Shown here: piece after piece, positions 25,402-37,658 of the stretch | Position numbering within the stretch: the stretch's first letter is position 1 | Layout: each line of letters begins with the position of its first letter | Assembly: GCA_051362555.1 (NCBI GenBank) | Contig: CM120646.1 | Coordinates: 16,554,001 to 16,618,000 of the forward strand | Source: Lingula anatina | Lineage: Eukaryota > Animalia > Brachiopoda | Direction: 5' to 3' | Length of the DNA: 64,000 nucleotides | Translations under genes and position numbers: made by a program | Notes under the pieces: generated by a model | What the model was told of the DNA's origin: nothing | Database searches by the model: none | Seen by the model: only the letters and a program-made list of their open reading frames with translations

Positions 25402-25462
25402 ACTTGAACCCCCCCTCCCCACCCTCCCACCTCCAATGCATCATCATCTTTAAAAAGGGCAA

Positions 25463-28400
25463 GCACGTGTGTAAAGCCTCTCTTCTGGTCCTCAAATCAA
25501 GTTCGGTCCCTTGGTTCTAAACTGTTTACCAGAGGCTCTGTTCTGGTCCTACACCTGTTAATGTCCATCATGACGTGTTCTAACGTGTTCCCCAAACGTG
25601 TCCTTGACTGACTCTCTTTTGGGCCCCAAACTTTTTCTGCGGTATAGTCTTCATTTGGAAACCTGCCAGTATGACTTTCGGGGGAGGGGAGGGGATTAAT
25701 TACTTGCAGTTAAAAAACTCAACTAACGGTCATTTGGTTGATTCGCGAGATCAATGGACTACCTGGCTATTATTTCACAGCATAAATGGAAAGATATAAA
25801 TTGCAGAGTAACCTTGTGTCGCAAGGATACTACTTATAGTTATTTATTCCCTTCATGCTCCCTCTTCCTCCCCCCCCCCTCCCCGGGCACTTGTAATTGA
25901 TACTCCGTATCTTGATTAATGTGGAAGAATTGAAAGATGAAAAGAGCGCCCAGACGTGCTTTTGACAGGTCAGGTCACGAAGTAACGGATACGGCATCTC
26001 AGGCTACAAAATATGGCTTCACAGGACAGTGAACAAACTCGAGAAATTTCCCTCTCCGACAAAATTCCGAGCACCCTGCTTCCTATATGTCTTTACAACA
26101 ATTCAGTATCATTATACTGAATTCTATTACTGTTCTATTACTTATGTTGTATTCAACCATTTAATAAAATTTAATATTTGCAGAAAATTTTATTGCAGGA
26201 TTTTACAATATCACTACTTTGCACCATTGCTATTATATGGCGCAGAGTACAGGTTCCAAACAGGTATACCTGCAAACAGTAAAATTGTTTGATATTAATA
26301 AAAATATAAACAATAATGTTGATCATAATAAGTAAACCACTCAGCAGTCTAACTGGCTACGGGTTATTGCCAAGATGTGTTTAGTTTACACTCTCCCCTA
26401 GTTCGGGACATTTACAGAATGTCTTGACCTCTCTCTCCCTCGATCGTCATAAATCTGACATTTAAAATTAGTATTTCAACTCAGGATATTTACAGAAATG
26501 TGTGAACATTATATTAATTTGAGAAAGGGTATTTTACAGTGTTCGTAAATGTTACAAAGGAAATTACCAAAAATATATACTGTAGATTTCCATATTGAGA
26601 AGACATATTCCTCTACTCCCCCTCTCCAGATTTCCTGGCCCGAGGAGCAATATGTTTGTCCTAAGCTCTGAAGCTCTGAACGCGCTTGATAGAAACCAGA
26701 TGTGGAGACAGTAAGATTTTATTGCCCGAGCCAGACTACCGACTTTCCAATCTTACAGGTTGAAAATAAATGTGGGCAGGGGGGGGGGGATATATATCTT
26801 CTTAACCGAACCATGATAAAATATATATGTAGAAAGGTTCAACTTGACTTTTTTTTAAATTTCAAATCGTTATTTCATAACATAATTTAGTTGCTATGCC
26901 CTTTAAAATAAATATTCATTTTTTTTCATATGAAAAATGAGAGCGTAAATTAACTTATCCCAACCGCTCACGTTTTGCATAACGTTTTTATGAATGTTTC
27001 ACATTACTTTAAATAACTGCTGACGGCTTTCCCTATTAGAGGGTACAATAACATAAGCCAGTGAAAATTAATGGAACGTGTCATATTTTTGTTCCGATAT
27101 TTATCTTAATATATGTGGCTCACATTATCACTTTTTGTTGAAAGTTTTCTCACATCGAACTTAATTGGGTTGGAGTGTCTACATCTGTAGCAGTGCTTTA
27201 AAAGGTCATAAAGTGACCAATTTTTGAGATAGCGTTATGCGGGACTTAGGTAACTTTTATATAAACTGAAAATAATATACTGTAGATTGATTCACAACTC
27301 TGCCGCCGGTCGAATGCAAGCCCGTAAGGACTAACCAAAATTAAATGCCGGCCGTGTCTGGTGCGAGTCCTCACACATAATTATAAAACATAGCAAATTA
27401 CAGTATTTTATTCCATAAGTCTTGGTTATAAAATTATCCAAGGCATTCCAATTATAATCGACACATAAATTGTATTCATATTGTCATTTTCATCCACACA
27501 AGTGGATGCATACGTTACAGTGAAATAAACTAAACTAAACTAAACATAAACCATAACCCCAACCAAAAATTAATCCCTGACAAAGCTTAGATGTAACGAA
27601 CTAACACAATCTTCCAACAATCTGCTTAAAAGCTCTAATTAGTATTGGCGCTGTTCTGAATCTTTCCCTTGAAGTGCTAAATTGAAACGGGGATGTTAGC
27701 CTTTAATTTTGCCCAAGGGAGAACGGCGTTGTGTAACAGTAAATTGCATTGGTATGCATACTTATACTACGTAGTTATACTGGATCTTTCCTCTACCATT
27801 AGTCCCTCAAATTTACTTTGGTCAGATCACTAGGATTTCATGATATTCCCTTCACTGTACGCTCCTAAAGCAATACAATTGGGATGCTACATGTAAGTTG
27901 TCATCCAGTAGCAAAACATCACTTGAACATTATCCGAATGATATGGGATATATAGCTTGTGAAAGCCTAGGTATAAATACCAACAAGGTATGCAGCCCCG
28001 TCAATCAAACACACATTATCTTCACTTGCGTCTTAGTTTAAATGCAGTCAAACAGGCTATAAATACGAATATATTGCGCGTTTATTTTAGATCCGCTGAT
28101 TCGAAAATAATATAATCCATTTCTACTACTTGCACAAAACGCCTACATTTTGGTATTTTTATAGTGACCATACCTATACCCTAAATCCTGAAAATTGAAA
28201 AAAAAAATTCTGAAACAAAATGCGTAAATGAATAAAGTAGCTAGACTATCCTTCATAGGGAGCTCTTTACATAAATTGCAGTATTAATAGATTTATAAAA
28301 CGTATGCAGTAAAAATCCATTATACTGTGCCTATATAAGCTCTGAATCACTATAGTTCTTGACAGTCCAGTGGACATTTAGGAAATTCACGGGAATAAAC

Positions 28401-28901
28401 GCGTCCATATGAAAATAAGAACTTATACTAACTTGAAACGGAATAAAGAACGAGTGAGTGAGTGAGTACACCCCCACTCCACACACACACACATGCACAC
28501 AATCACCCACGAATGTAACTGTCTTGAAAACAAGAAGCAGAGAACGCCATAAACATTTTAGTAGTATTAGGCATCCTAAAGGTAGTCACGCAGCAAAACT
28601 TTTGTGTTCTTTAAAAAATCTGAGAATATATTATAGCAAATATAATACAATTTAAATAATTGAAATGCATTTCTTTCCAACATTCAGTTTACGTACGTTT
28701 TTTGGTAGCCTCTCAAAGTTTTAAACCTCAAATATTGGAGACCATAATAGAGTCAGCCAAGGACATGTTTGGGGAACACGTTAGAACACGTCATGATGGA
28801 CATTAACAGGTGTAGGACCAGAACAGAGCCTCTGGTAAACAGTTTAGAACCAAGGGACCGAACTTGATTTGAGGACCAGAAGAGAGGCTTTACACACGTG
28901 C
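25463..28901. repeat. 153-bp inverted duplication (25463-25615 and 28749-28901) bracketing 3.1 kb
   Basis: Arms are reverse complements with 2 mismatches. No TSD or internal transposase ORF was seen. Confidence 0.9.
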
Positions 28902-30761
28902 ACCTGTACCGACCAAATGACAGGCGAATCAAGAGTTTGTTCAGGTAATGCAGCCTGTCCAAAATAACACAGCTAGATTACTGCACAGTGAACCCACTGT
29001 CTTCACATGCAAGCCTTGCCATTTCTGACGTCAGAATCACTGCAGATCACGTCCGACACAGCTGATATGGCCAGCTTTAGTATTCAGTAACATAATACAA
29101 GTGATTTAAGTCATTCTTCAACTACAGTGAACCCTGAGTACAAATTGTACGTTTGTATTGATAGAACATTTATTTTTCTGTGTGTATTATGTGTGTGTTT
29201 GCATTTACATTCGAACAGGGAGAGCGCCAAATGGGCTTGAAAATATTTTTAAACCTTAATTGTATCCTAATATTTTTTATTCTACTGTACAATTACAGCT
29301 CGCCTGCAGTTTTCTCTGTACCTAACTGTTTAAAAGATAAAATATACACAATGAAGTTCATATAAGGGTGACATATTCTATTCCATAAGAATGTGTGGCA
29401 GTGAATTCCCTTTATTCCTCAGAAAGTAAAGTGTCCATGCACACTGGATCCTCATACTGATGCCAAAGACAACGTTCTATGCAAGGGTGCAGAATCTCGC
29501 GTGCAAATGAAGGATTAAGCTATCGGTGTGGTTGTTAACTTCGATAAGACCTCTTTATCTCGACAAGATAATATTTATGTATGACAGTGGTTATTAACAC
29601 AGTAAGGATGACCGCGTGGCCACTCCCAGATGTACATTGCACAAAAGAATGCAAACCGTCCTAGAGAATGGCTTACATTTACAGGGTCACGACGGGTCAG
29701 GTTCATTATAAAAAAGAAAAAAAATCGGTGTACTTAAGTTCAGATGAATCCATGGCAGTCTACTTGGATAAAGCAAGTGCCTGTTTTTTAAGCAGGAGAT
29801 AAGAAGAGAGAGAGAGAGAGAGAGCATTTATTCTCGTGTACTTTCGACTTTAGGGCCAGGGCTTCGGTAATTGAGGGGTACTGACATGCTTACTTGGCTG
29901 GTCACACGAGAACCCTGATTCTTCAATCGGTAGTCGGGTATCGTATTGTACCCCGTCCAACGCAGGTCTGAAAACATTATCGTACCATCAACGCTGAATC
30001 TCACGAGACTTGGTTTCATAAGCCTACACGTAACAATATTAAAGATGTTTAAAATTTAGTCAAATTTTCATAATGTATAAATGTATGAGTGTGTTTTATG
30101 ATTTGACCACGCGGGTGTTAAAAAAACGCAGGGGGTCTGCAAACAACAAGAAAGCCGCACGGCGGGTGTGAGATTGCACCGAGGTTCAAAGGGTTCCGTA
30201 TGAACAGTATGCAACCGAAAAGACTATTTTGCCCGACCTGCGCGTGAGCGCGCGCTTGTGTGTCAAACAAACACACACATCTTTTCCAACGCAGACGGAC
30301 ACCTCTAATTACACACGCTCGTTCGAGTCTACGGATAGGATGGGGGTGTGTGTCTCATTAAATATTACTTGTTACGCGACAGCTGCATGCTATGCAAGAA
30401 CTAAAACCATTAGTTGCTGCTGTAATTAATCTTAAACTCACTTTTTTTTGTGCTCTTAAGGACAGACAGTCGGGTTTAGTAGCGCCATTTGAAGAGTGGA
30501 GATGGCGTCAAGGAATATACAGCCTTGCCTGTCTGCACGAGCCCAGATGACAAATTAATGGCCTTGACTCGTTTCAAATATAAAGAAATGTTTGTTTTAT
30601 AAAGACACCGCGAAATATATTTGACGGGGTCGATAATTTTAAAGCGGAGTTAACTGGTAATTCTTTTTTAGATATTGTTAATAGTCATTTATAACTGTAA
30701 TATCTGATTTCAGAAATATTGCATAATTTCCCAATGCGCCACTGCTTACATGCCATTTACT

Positions 30762-31000
30762 TTTGATAGTATATTTAGCTGTGTCTGAACACGCAAAGAC
30801 ATGCGGTAAGTGTTTTTTTGTGTGTATAAAACACCTTAGTAGAAAACCACGAGGAAATGCCAATGTTGTTACCATTTGTTGTGGCATTTACATTTGACAG
30901 TATATTTAGCTGTTTCTGAACACGCAAGGACACTCGGTAGATGTTTGTTTGTGTGTACAAAGTTTCTCAGTAGAAAGTCATTAAGAAATACCAATGTTTC
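30762..31000 (+). repeat. Diverged tandem repeat, 131-bp unit, about 1.8 copies
   Basis: tttga(t/c)agtatatttagctgt(g/t)tctgaacacgcaa at 30762 and 30893, each followed by similar tcagtagaaa/ttagtagaaa and gaaat(g/a)ccaatgtt segments. Confidence 0.8.
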
Positions 31001-34000
31001 ATGCATTGCGATTTATAATAAATGAGGGAACCATCAATGCCGTTTGTTCGTGCACTTTAAGAAGGAGGCATTCGTGGAATATTTCAAGAAAATAAATTTA
31101 GAAATGTTGTCCTCATCGTTGTGCATACATGAACATGTAGCACGCGAATATCTAAAATTCAATAATGGTACATATTCTTTATGGCTTTTTAGTACATCTT
31201 GTGTTTTGTTTTATATTTTATAGTAGGCTTTGTATGTTGAGGAGCATATGGTATTGACTTGTAGGTTAGACAAAGAACTGAAGTGGCACTATATTCCCGA
31301 GATTTGTACAATATCACTGGTGACTGCTTTGTCATCACATAATGTTGAATTTATAAAAAGACTAGCGACCTACGTGTATTATGCCAACAAATTAAGAGAA
31401 GATTTTGTTTAGATTAGTAAATTTGTATAATGTTTGGAACATAATGTTGTTGCCGTATCGACCAGCTCATCATTATTGTAATAAATATACTTTTGGCCGT
31501 CAGGCCTGAACTACAGTTGAATAAACTTGGCACTTTACTGTAAGGGCTATACAGTGTATAGTACGCTGGTAACGATGTAATCAAATTTAGGGAGAGGTTT
31601 TATAATAATAAATAAATGAATAAATAAATAAATAAATAAATAATGTTTATCGAGATATGTCAACCCCGAGTGTTGAAGTTATATATTTTATTTCAATCAC
31701 AAGTCAAAGGAAGCCGATACATGATAAGGCATTGCTAGAATTCTACTCGTTTGAACGCTTGAATTTTTGCAGTGTGCCGTTCATTAATTTCTGAACACAG
31801 AGATCTGAACCACTTTTTATGTGAGTAGGGATGATGACAATATTATATTTTCACACTATTTAGAATTATTTAACTTTCGGCTTTGTCCCTTCTCAGGGGT
31901 CACCACTTTTCTCTTACCTCCTGCATATCCTCTTTTATAGGATCCATGAACCTTCTCCTCGGTCTCCATTTAGATTTCTGGCACCTAATTTTAGAATATG
32001 CCGTAGGGTTTTTCCAATAGTAGTAGGCCTACATCAATACTGCAATAACAATAAGGTCAACCTGATAAACGTGTAATTCACCAGCTTTTTCCTTGGTATA
32101 TTTGGGTAGGCATTTAATGTATCACTTTTCAATTTTGCTGGACATGACTTGGGTGCCTCACGACACACGTCAGTGACAGCGATATAAAGCACATGTCATC
32201 TTGACTTCTGCTCATATTTGTCATACATGGCACACAACCTGAACTACCTACCTTTATTTGTGCATTCTATACATAATTTGTTCAACTTTGAGAGAAATGT
32301 AGAAACATTTTTTTTCAATGTGTCAAAGGTTCCTAGGGTTCAAGCATAATTATTTAGTATACTGCTTTAATCTGGTTTAATCCCGGAAACAGGCTGGTGA
32401 TTCGCCAACGTTGTTATTATTATTTGATAAAGGCAACATAAAACAAGTCTTCAAAAAGCAGATACTGAATACATATCAAGAGTTGTGATAGGAATATTGT
32501 CGTAGACACAGGAAACATATACGGATCTGGATAAAATCGTATTTGCAAATTCAAGTGTGTTTAACCAAATGTTTGAATAATGCACATGGGTCCAGTTAAA
32601 GAGTTGTAAACACTGAGTGACAAATAGCAACGGCATGTGACATGTACATTTATGTCTCTGTCGCTATCGTGTGTAGTTGCAATTCAAAATTCAGTCCAAT
32701 TAATAAACCTCCTCCTTATTTTCTGGCTGGATTACGATTTTTTCTAAACTTTACCTTATTGCAATGACAGCATTGATATATAATTTTAGCAAGACTAGTG
32801 TGTCAGCCTTCAGAGCGGGTAGCAGAAAACTGTTAAGCATAAACTGTAAATAAGTTTAATTACAACATAAATGAAAAAAAACAACAGAAAAATTTTGTCA
32901 TTAGGACGCCCACGATGCTGGAATTATAAACCCATCGCCTCAGAAGTATTTCTAATTTTTAATTTCGTACAGCGAACACCTGAAGTAAATGTATAAAGTC
33001 ATGAAATCCTCTATTCGTCGCGCAGAGACAGCTAGTGCGCTCCACAAAACGCCGTCGTCCGATCAGTCTGTCTATCGCATGGAAATGCATCGTTAACATT
33101 ATGCATGTTTGTAATGGACCTACCTGATGGAAGGCTTGTTCAGATTGATAAAACCTTTTACCCTTCCACAAACAAAGGTTGGGTTTCAAGAGAGCTTTGC
33201 GATTAGTTTTGATGTATGTTAATGTTATGGCTCAATACTTTATGTGTTATTTTTGTTTTTATATGCAGCTGGCGTGTCACATGTGATGCAGCTAGTGGGG
33301 TCCGTCTTGGGTTAATCACTCTGAAATTGGTCGTATAGGTACATCTTTAAGTCAACAGATCTAGATCAGTATAACTACATAAATACATTATCTCTCCTCC
33401 CTAGCAAAATACGGATTTCACACTATAAATATCAATTAAAATCAAAATCCAGGCACATTTTGAATCCAAATATACAAGACAGGAATCGTGCGTATATGCA
33501 CGACGACAAAACGATGTGAACAGTCCTGTTTCACATAAAAACTTCAGACTTGCCTTAACTTTGACCCCAAATAAATAAGTAGCAATGTACTCAGTGAAAA
33601 ATATATATGTTATTATACCGGTATATTATACTACATAAAAATTAATAATAAATTCAATTAAATTTTTGGTTCTGTGTTGTAGAAAGAAAGGCAACGCCAT
33701 TGCTTTAGATTAATTATTTCTTTTTTGTGGACTGCTGCACACGTACCAGTAACCTGGCCTGAAACAGGACAGAATTTTTGTCTAACAGTTACGAACAACT
33801 TTCGTTCCAAAGGTCTTTTGTAAAACCAACTCTGAGTATTGATTATTGCAAAGCAACTCTACAAAATGTCAATATGCCCAGCTGTAAGTAGTACGGTTTT
33901 GAACAAACTTTAATTTACAGTAAAGCTCTAAAACGGAATAACTGCCAGTGTAAATTGACCAAATTTGCTGTGAATGAAGCAATATGATGTAAAGTAAAAT

Positions 34001-35551
34001 ATATAGGTGATATAAAGTTAAATAGTGGATCTGTTGTCCCAAAAAGAGGGGTATGATATTGGACTTATATTATGTCATGTTTCCCTTCATTTTTCACTTA
34101 TTTAAACACTAACGAATTTAACGTTTGTTTACAATAGTGTTTTGCATGTTTAAAGCATTCTTCCTGTCTTACACTTACCGTGGCAGAGTGATTCTGTCAT
34201 TATTTTGGAGAGATAGGCAAACGTATAAGCATATTACGTGTCCTCAAGCCAAAAATAAGTGGACTTTCAAAATGTTTTCATTTGGTTTCCACATGTTCAA
34301 TCAGAATAAACTCCCAGAGTAGTAAGGTTCGAGAAATGGCGTTTGCGTGTCCAACGATGTTTTTTCTGTAAGGTAATAACTTTCATGCCAACGTAATTAA
34401 CGAGGCCTTGATTGAATATCACGCTTAGCTTAACATGCATGATCACACTCACGCAACAAGTTATACGGTATAAAAACATGACTTCTTTTTGCTTATCCAC
34501 CTCATCCGAATGAATAGAAAGTTTTTTCTTTGTAGCTTTTCCTTATAACCAAACAGTGATGTGTGAATCTACGTGCTCGGCATAAAAGAACCCGGGTCTG
34601 ATTCGGGGTTAATGCTTCATTGTTTGCCTCCGAACAGCCTGAACCCCCAGGGGCGCGTTGAGGTTGCCGTTTGACAGGTCCCAGACAGGATAATATAACA
34701 ATATGAACACATTTGGCATACATAGAAAAGGTTAGTATTGCCAGAGAATAGAATGTTCACAAAAAAAAAAAACAATATGTTCTTGTGTTGCACTTGAATT
34801 AACATACAATGCACATAAAGGAAACGACTATAGCGTAGTGTCGTGATACATGACTTTTCAGTTTTAAATTTATCTCTTTTTTGATCTCTTCAATCATCTT
34901 AGACGTGCCTCTCCTAACAGTAACAAACGATTTCAAGGGTCTCTGTTACGAGTCACCTTCCTATCTTGCTTATATATATATCCTTTATCAGTATGTTTAT
35001 CTAAAACGACAGGTGATGCCGAAAAACTACTTTTTATCAAGATCAAACAAAATAACTCCACTGTTTTTCTTCCAAATTAAGACCAATTTCGCAATAGATA
35101 TATCTAAACTCCAGTGCCTGCAATTGCAAATAATTCGATTCGAAGTACCTTTTTCAATTTTATCTGTCTCTCGATATGCCTGGAATGGGACTACAATGGC
35201 TTATGCTAATGACATGGAGCAATTTATTTCATAACTCTCTTTGACCACTGCGTATGGCTTTTCCACAAGTGCCATTATGTCCTACTTGACTAGCTGTGAT
35301 AGGTAAATAAAGGTTATTGTGGTCCATTTTCCGGGCACCTAGTCCTTACACGGGTATTGTAAAATGCATATTAGATCAGTATTCCACTGAACTTATCGGT
35401 TGGAAGACGTAAGATATATTTCACCGGCAAAGGCCAACCAAAGGCCAACCATCGTTGAGCATTCCAGTGAAAACAAAGCCACCGTTTAAGCAACCTAATC
35501 CATTCTATAATTAAAGCACCTTTTCAATAAAGCCATTCACATACTACCAGG

Positions 35552-35622
35552 TATATAAACCTATCCCAGGTTTGACGCTGTCAGAGTGCCGGGACCTAGT
35601 TGTGTAGCCACTCCAGTTACAG
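35552..35622 (+). promoter_or_regulatory. TATA box, Inr and non-coding first exon of EGF-collagen 1
   Basis: TATATAAA at 35552, TCA initiator-like A 31 nt later (35583), donor AG|GTGAGT at 35623. The next acceptor (tttgcag, 36178) lies 7 nt before the ATG. Confidence 0.6.
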
Positions 35623-36185
35623 GTGAGTTTCCGTATTTTTTATTTATGAAATAGTAATTGCCTAGTTGATCTTTGTTGTCCTTGGGCCTAGACTGGACTA
35701 TCCCTGGACTGTTTTGAGTAAACTTTGAGGCAATATGCTTGACTGGATTTGGAATAGTGCAAGATGCACGAAGCATCGCTTGCCTCTCCAATTTTATTTA
35801 AGAGAAAATAACGCACTTTTAAAATTGTTGATGTGTGTTTGTCAACTCGGAGCGTGTTACAATAAAACGATAGTTGTGTATAAAACAGATGCCTCTCAGA
35901 AAAAAACGCGTGCCTTGTGCAGATTGAAATCCATTCTCGTAAAAAAATTTTTCTGACAAAAACAATGACTATCACTTTGTATACCATGGTATTGCGGTTA
36001 CCGTATTGTAATGTAGACATTTATGGACATTTTGCATTTCCACACAAAATTAAAACTTTTATTCTTTTTATAAATGCCGTCTCTATATGAAAAAGGGTTA
36101 TTATTTAATAAATAGAATATGACTGTAACATGAATATTCCTCGGGATTTTTATCCATTCTGTGTTTCGTCATTTGCAGCAAGACC

Positions 36186-37619
36186 ATGTGGATCCGTTTA
36201 GCAGTTTTGGCTCTTGTGGTGGTGGCCACACAAGCTGCTTCAAGTAAGTTACCTGTACCATACTTAACTATCACATCATATCCATGACAGATAGGGACTT
36301 TGCGTTCATTTTTCTATGCATATGTTTCCGTGACCAATCACGGTTTGCAAAATGAATGTCTTACTGGTTTTTATAAGACTGGATAAATCTCCTTTTACTC
36401 CTGCATCAGTTTGTTTTTTTTTTTACTTATTTAAAAATTTACCTTTCACTGTTCTGTAGCTCCACATTGGGAATGTATGCGTAAACTTCCGACTTTCATT
36501 AAACATATCGTTTGCTTTAGATATCAGATATGAAAACTAAAGTATTTTCGAGTGTTGAACACAACGCGGCAATGATTGAATGAAATTCTGCGTGATTTGA
36601 GCAATTTCAAAATTGTCAGTTTTTAAGATTTCCTGACATGACTCTCATATGTTTTTCTTTGTTCCAGGAATCTATTACAGGAACCCCTGCAGACCCAACC
36701 CTTGCCTTAACAACGGCCGTTGCCGATCCCTTGGCGGAGATAGATTCGAATGTGTTTGCATTCCAGGCCTACGCGGTGTCATCTGTCATTTGGGTGAGTA
36801 CCCCATAATGTGACGCCTTCGTCACACCTACAGCATTAAATAGTCGTACATGTGCATGTTTTTGTTCATTGAGTCTGTGGTCTAAAATATGAAATTAAAT
36901 GAACGAGCGAGCGAGCGAGTGAGTGGGTGAGTGAGTGAGTGAGTGAGCGATTGAGTGAGTGAGTGGGTGAGTGGGTGAGTGGGTGAGCGAGTGAGTGAGT
37001 TAGTGGGTGAGTGAGTGAGCGAGTGCGTGAGTGAGTGAGTGCGTGAGTGAGTGGGTAAGTGAGTGGATATGCGAAGGGAAGAGTAAATAATAAATGTACC
37101 CACATGCTTTGGTAGAATTGCATATTTTGAAATGATTATTAATCGAATCACAATATAAAGGTGCGAGATCATGGATTAAAAATATATTGATAAATACCAA
37201 AATATATATCCTTTCTATCATTTTAATAATTCGCATGAACCCCGAGGTAAAGTTGATCAGAAATTGATGTTTTGAAATTCAGACCGTATTTCATCCTAAA
37301 GTTCAGTTGTAAGTTCATGTACTGTTATCCTAGCAGTCTATACACTGACACAATGCATGGCTGGTACTCTTCGCAGATGCTGATGGCAACCCAGCCTGTC
37401 CAGGCAAGTGCGTCGGCAAGCCAGGCCCACCAGGCGCTCCAGGGCCCAAGGGTCCAGCTGGTGCTCCAGGAGTTGGTGCTGACGGTGCTGATGGTGCCCC
37501 AGGTGCCCCAGGCGCTCCAGGTAAATTTATAATATTTATTTATTTATTTAATTAATTAATTAATTATTTATTCATTTATACCTAGGGCACTAGGCGCTTT
37601 ATAAGTAAATTTATAATAT

Positions 37620-37658
<39 letters not shown>

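Noticed and set aside
36866-37236. THSL-repeat ORFs on the minus strand
   Set aside because: Translations of the (GAGT)n microsatellite.
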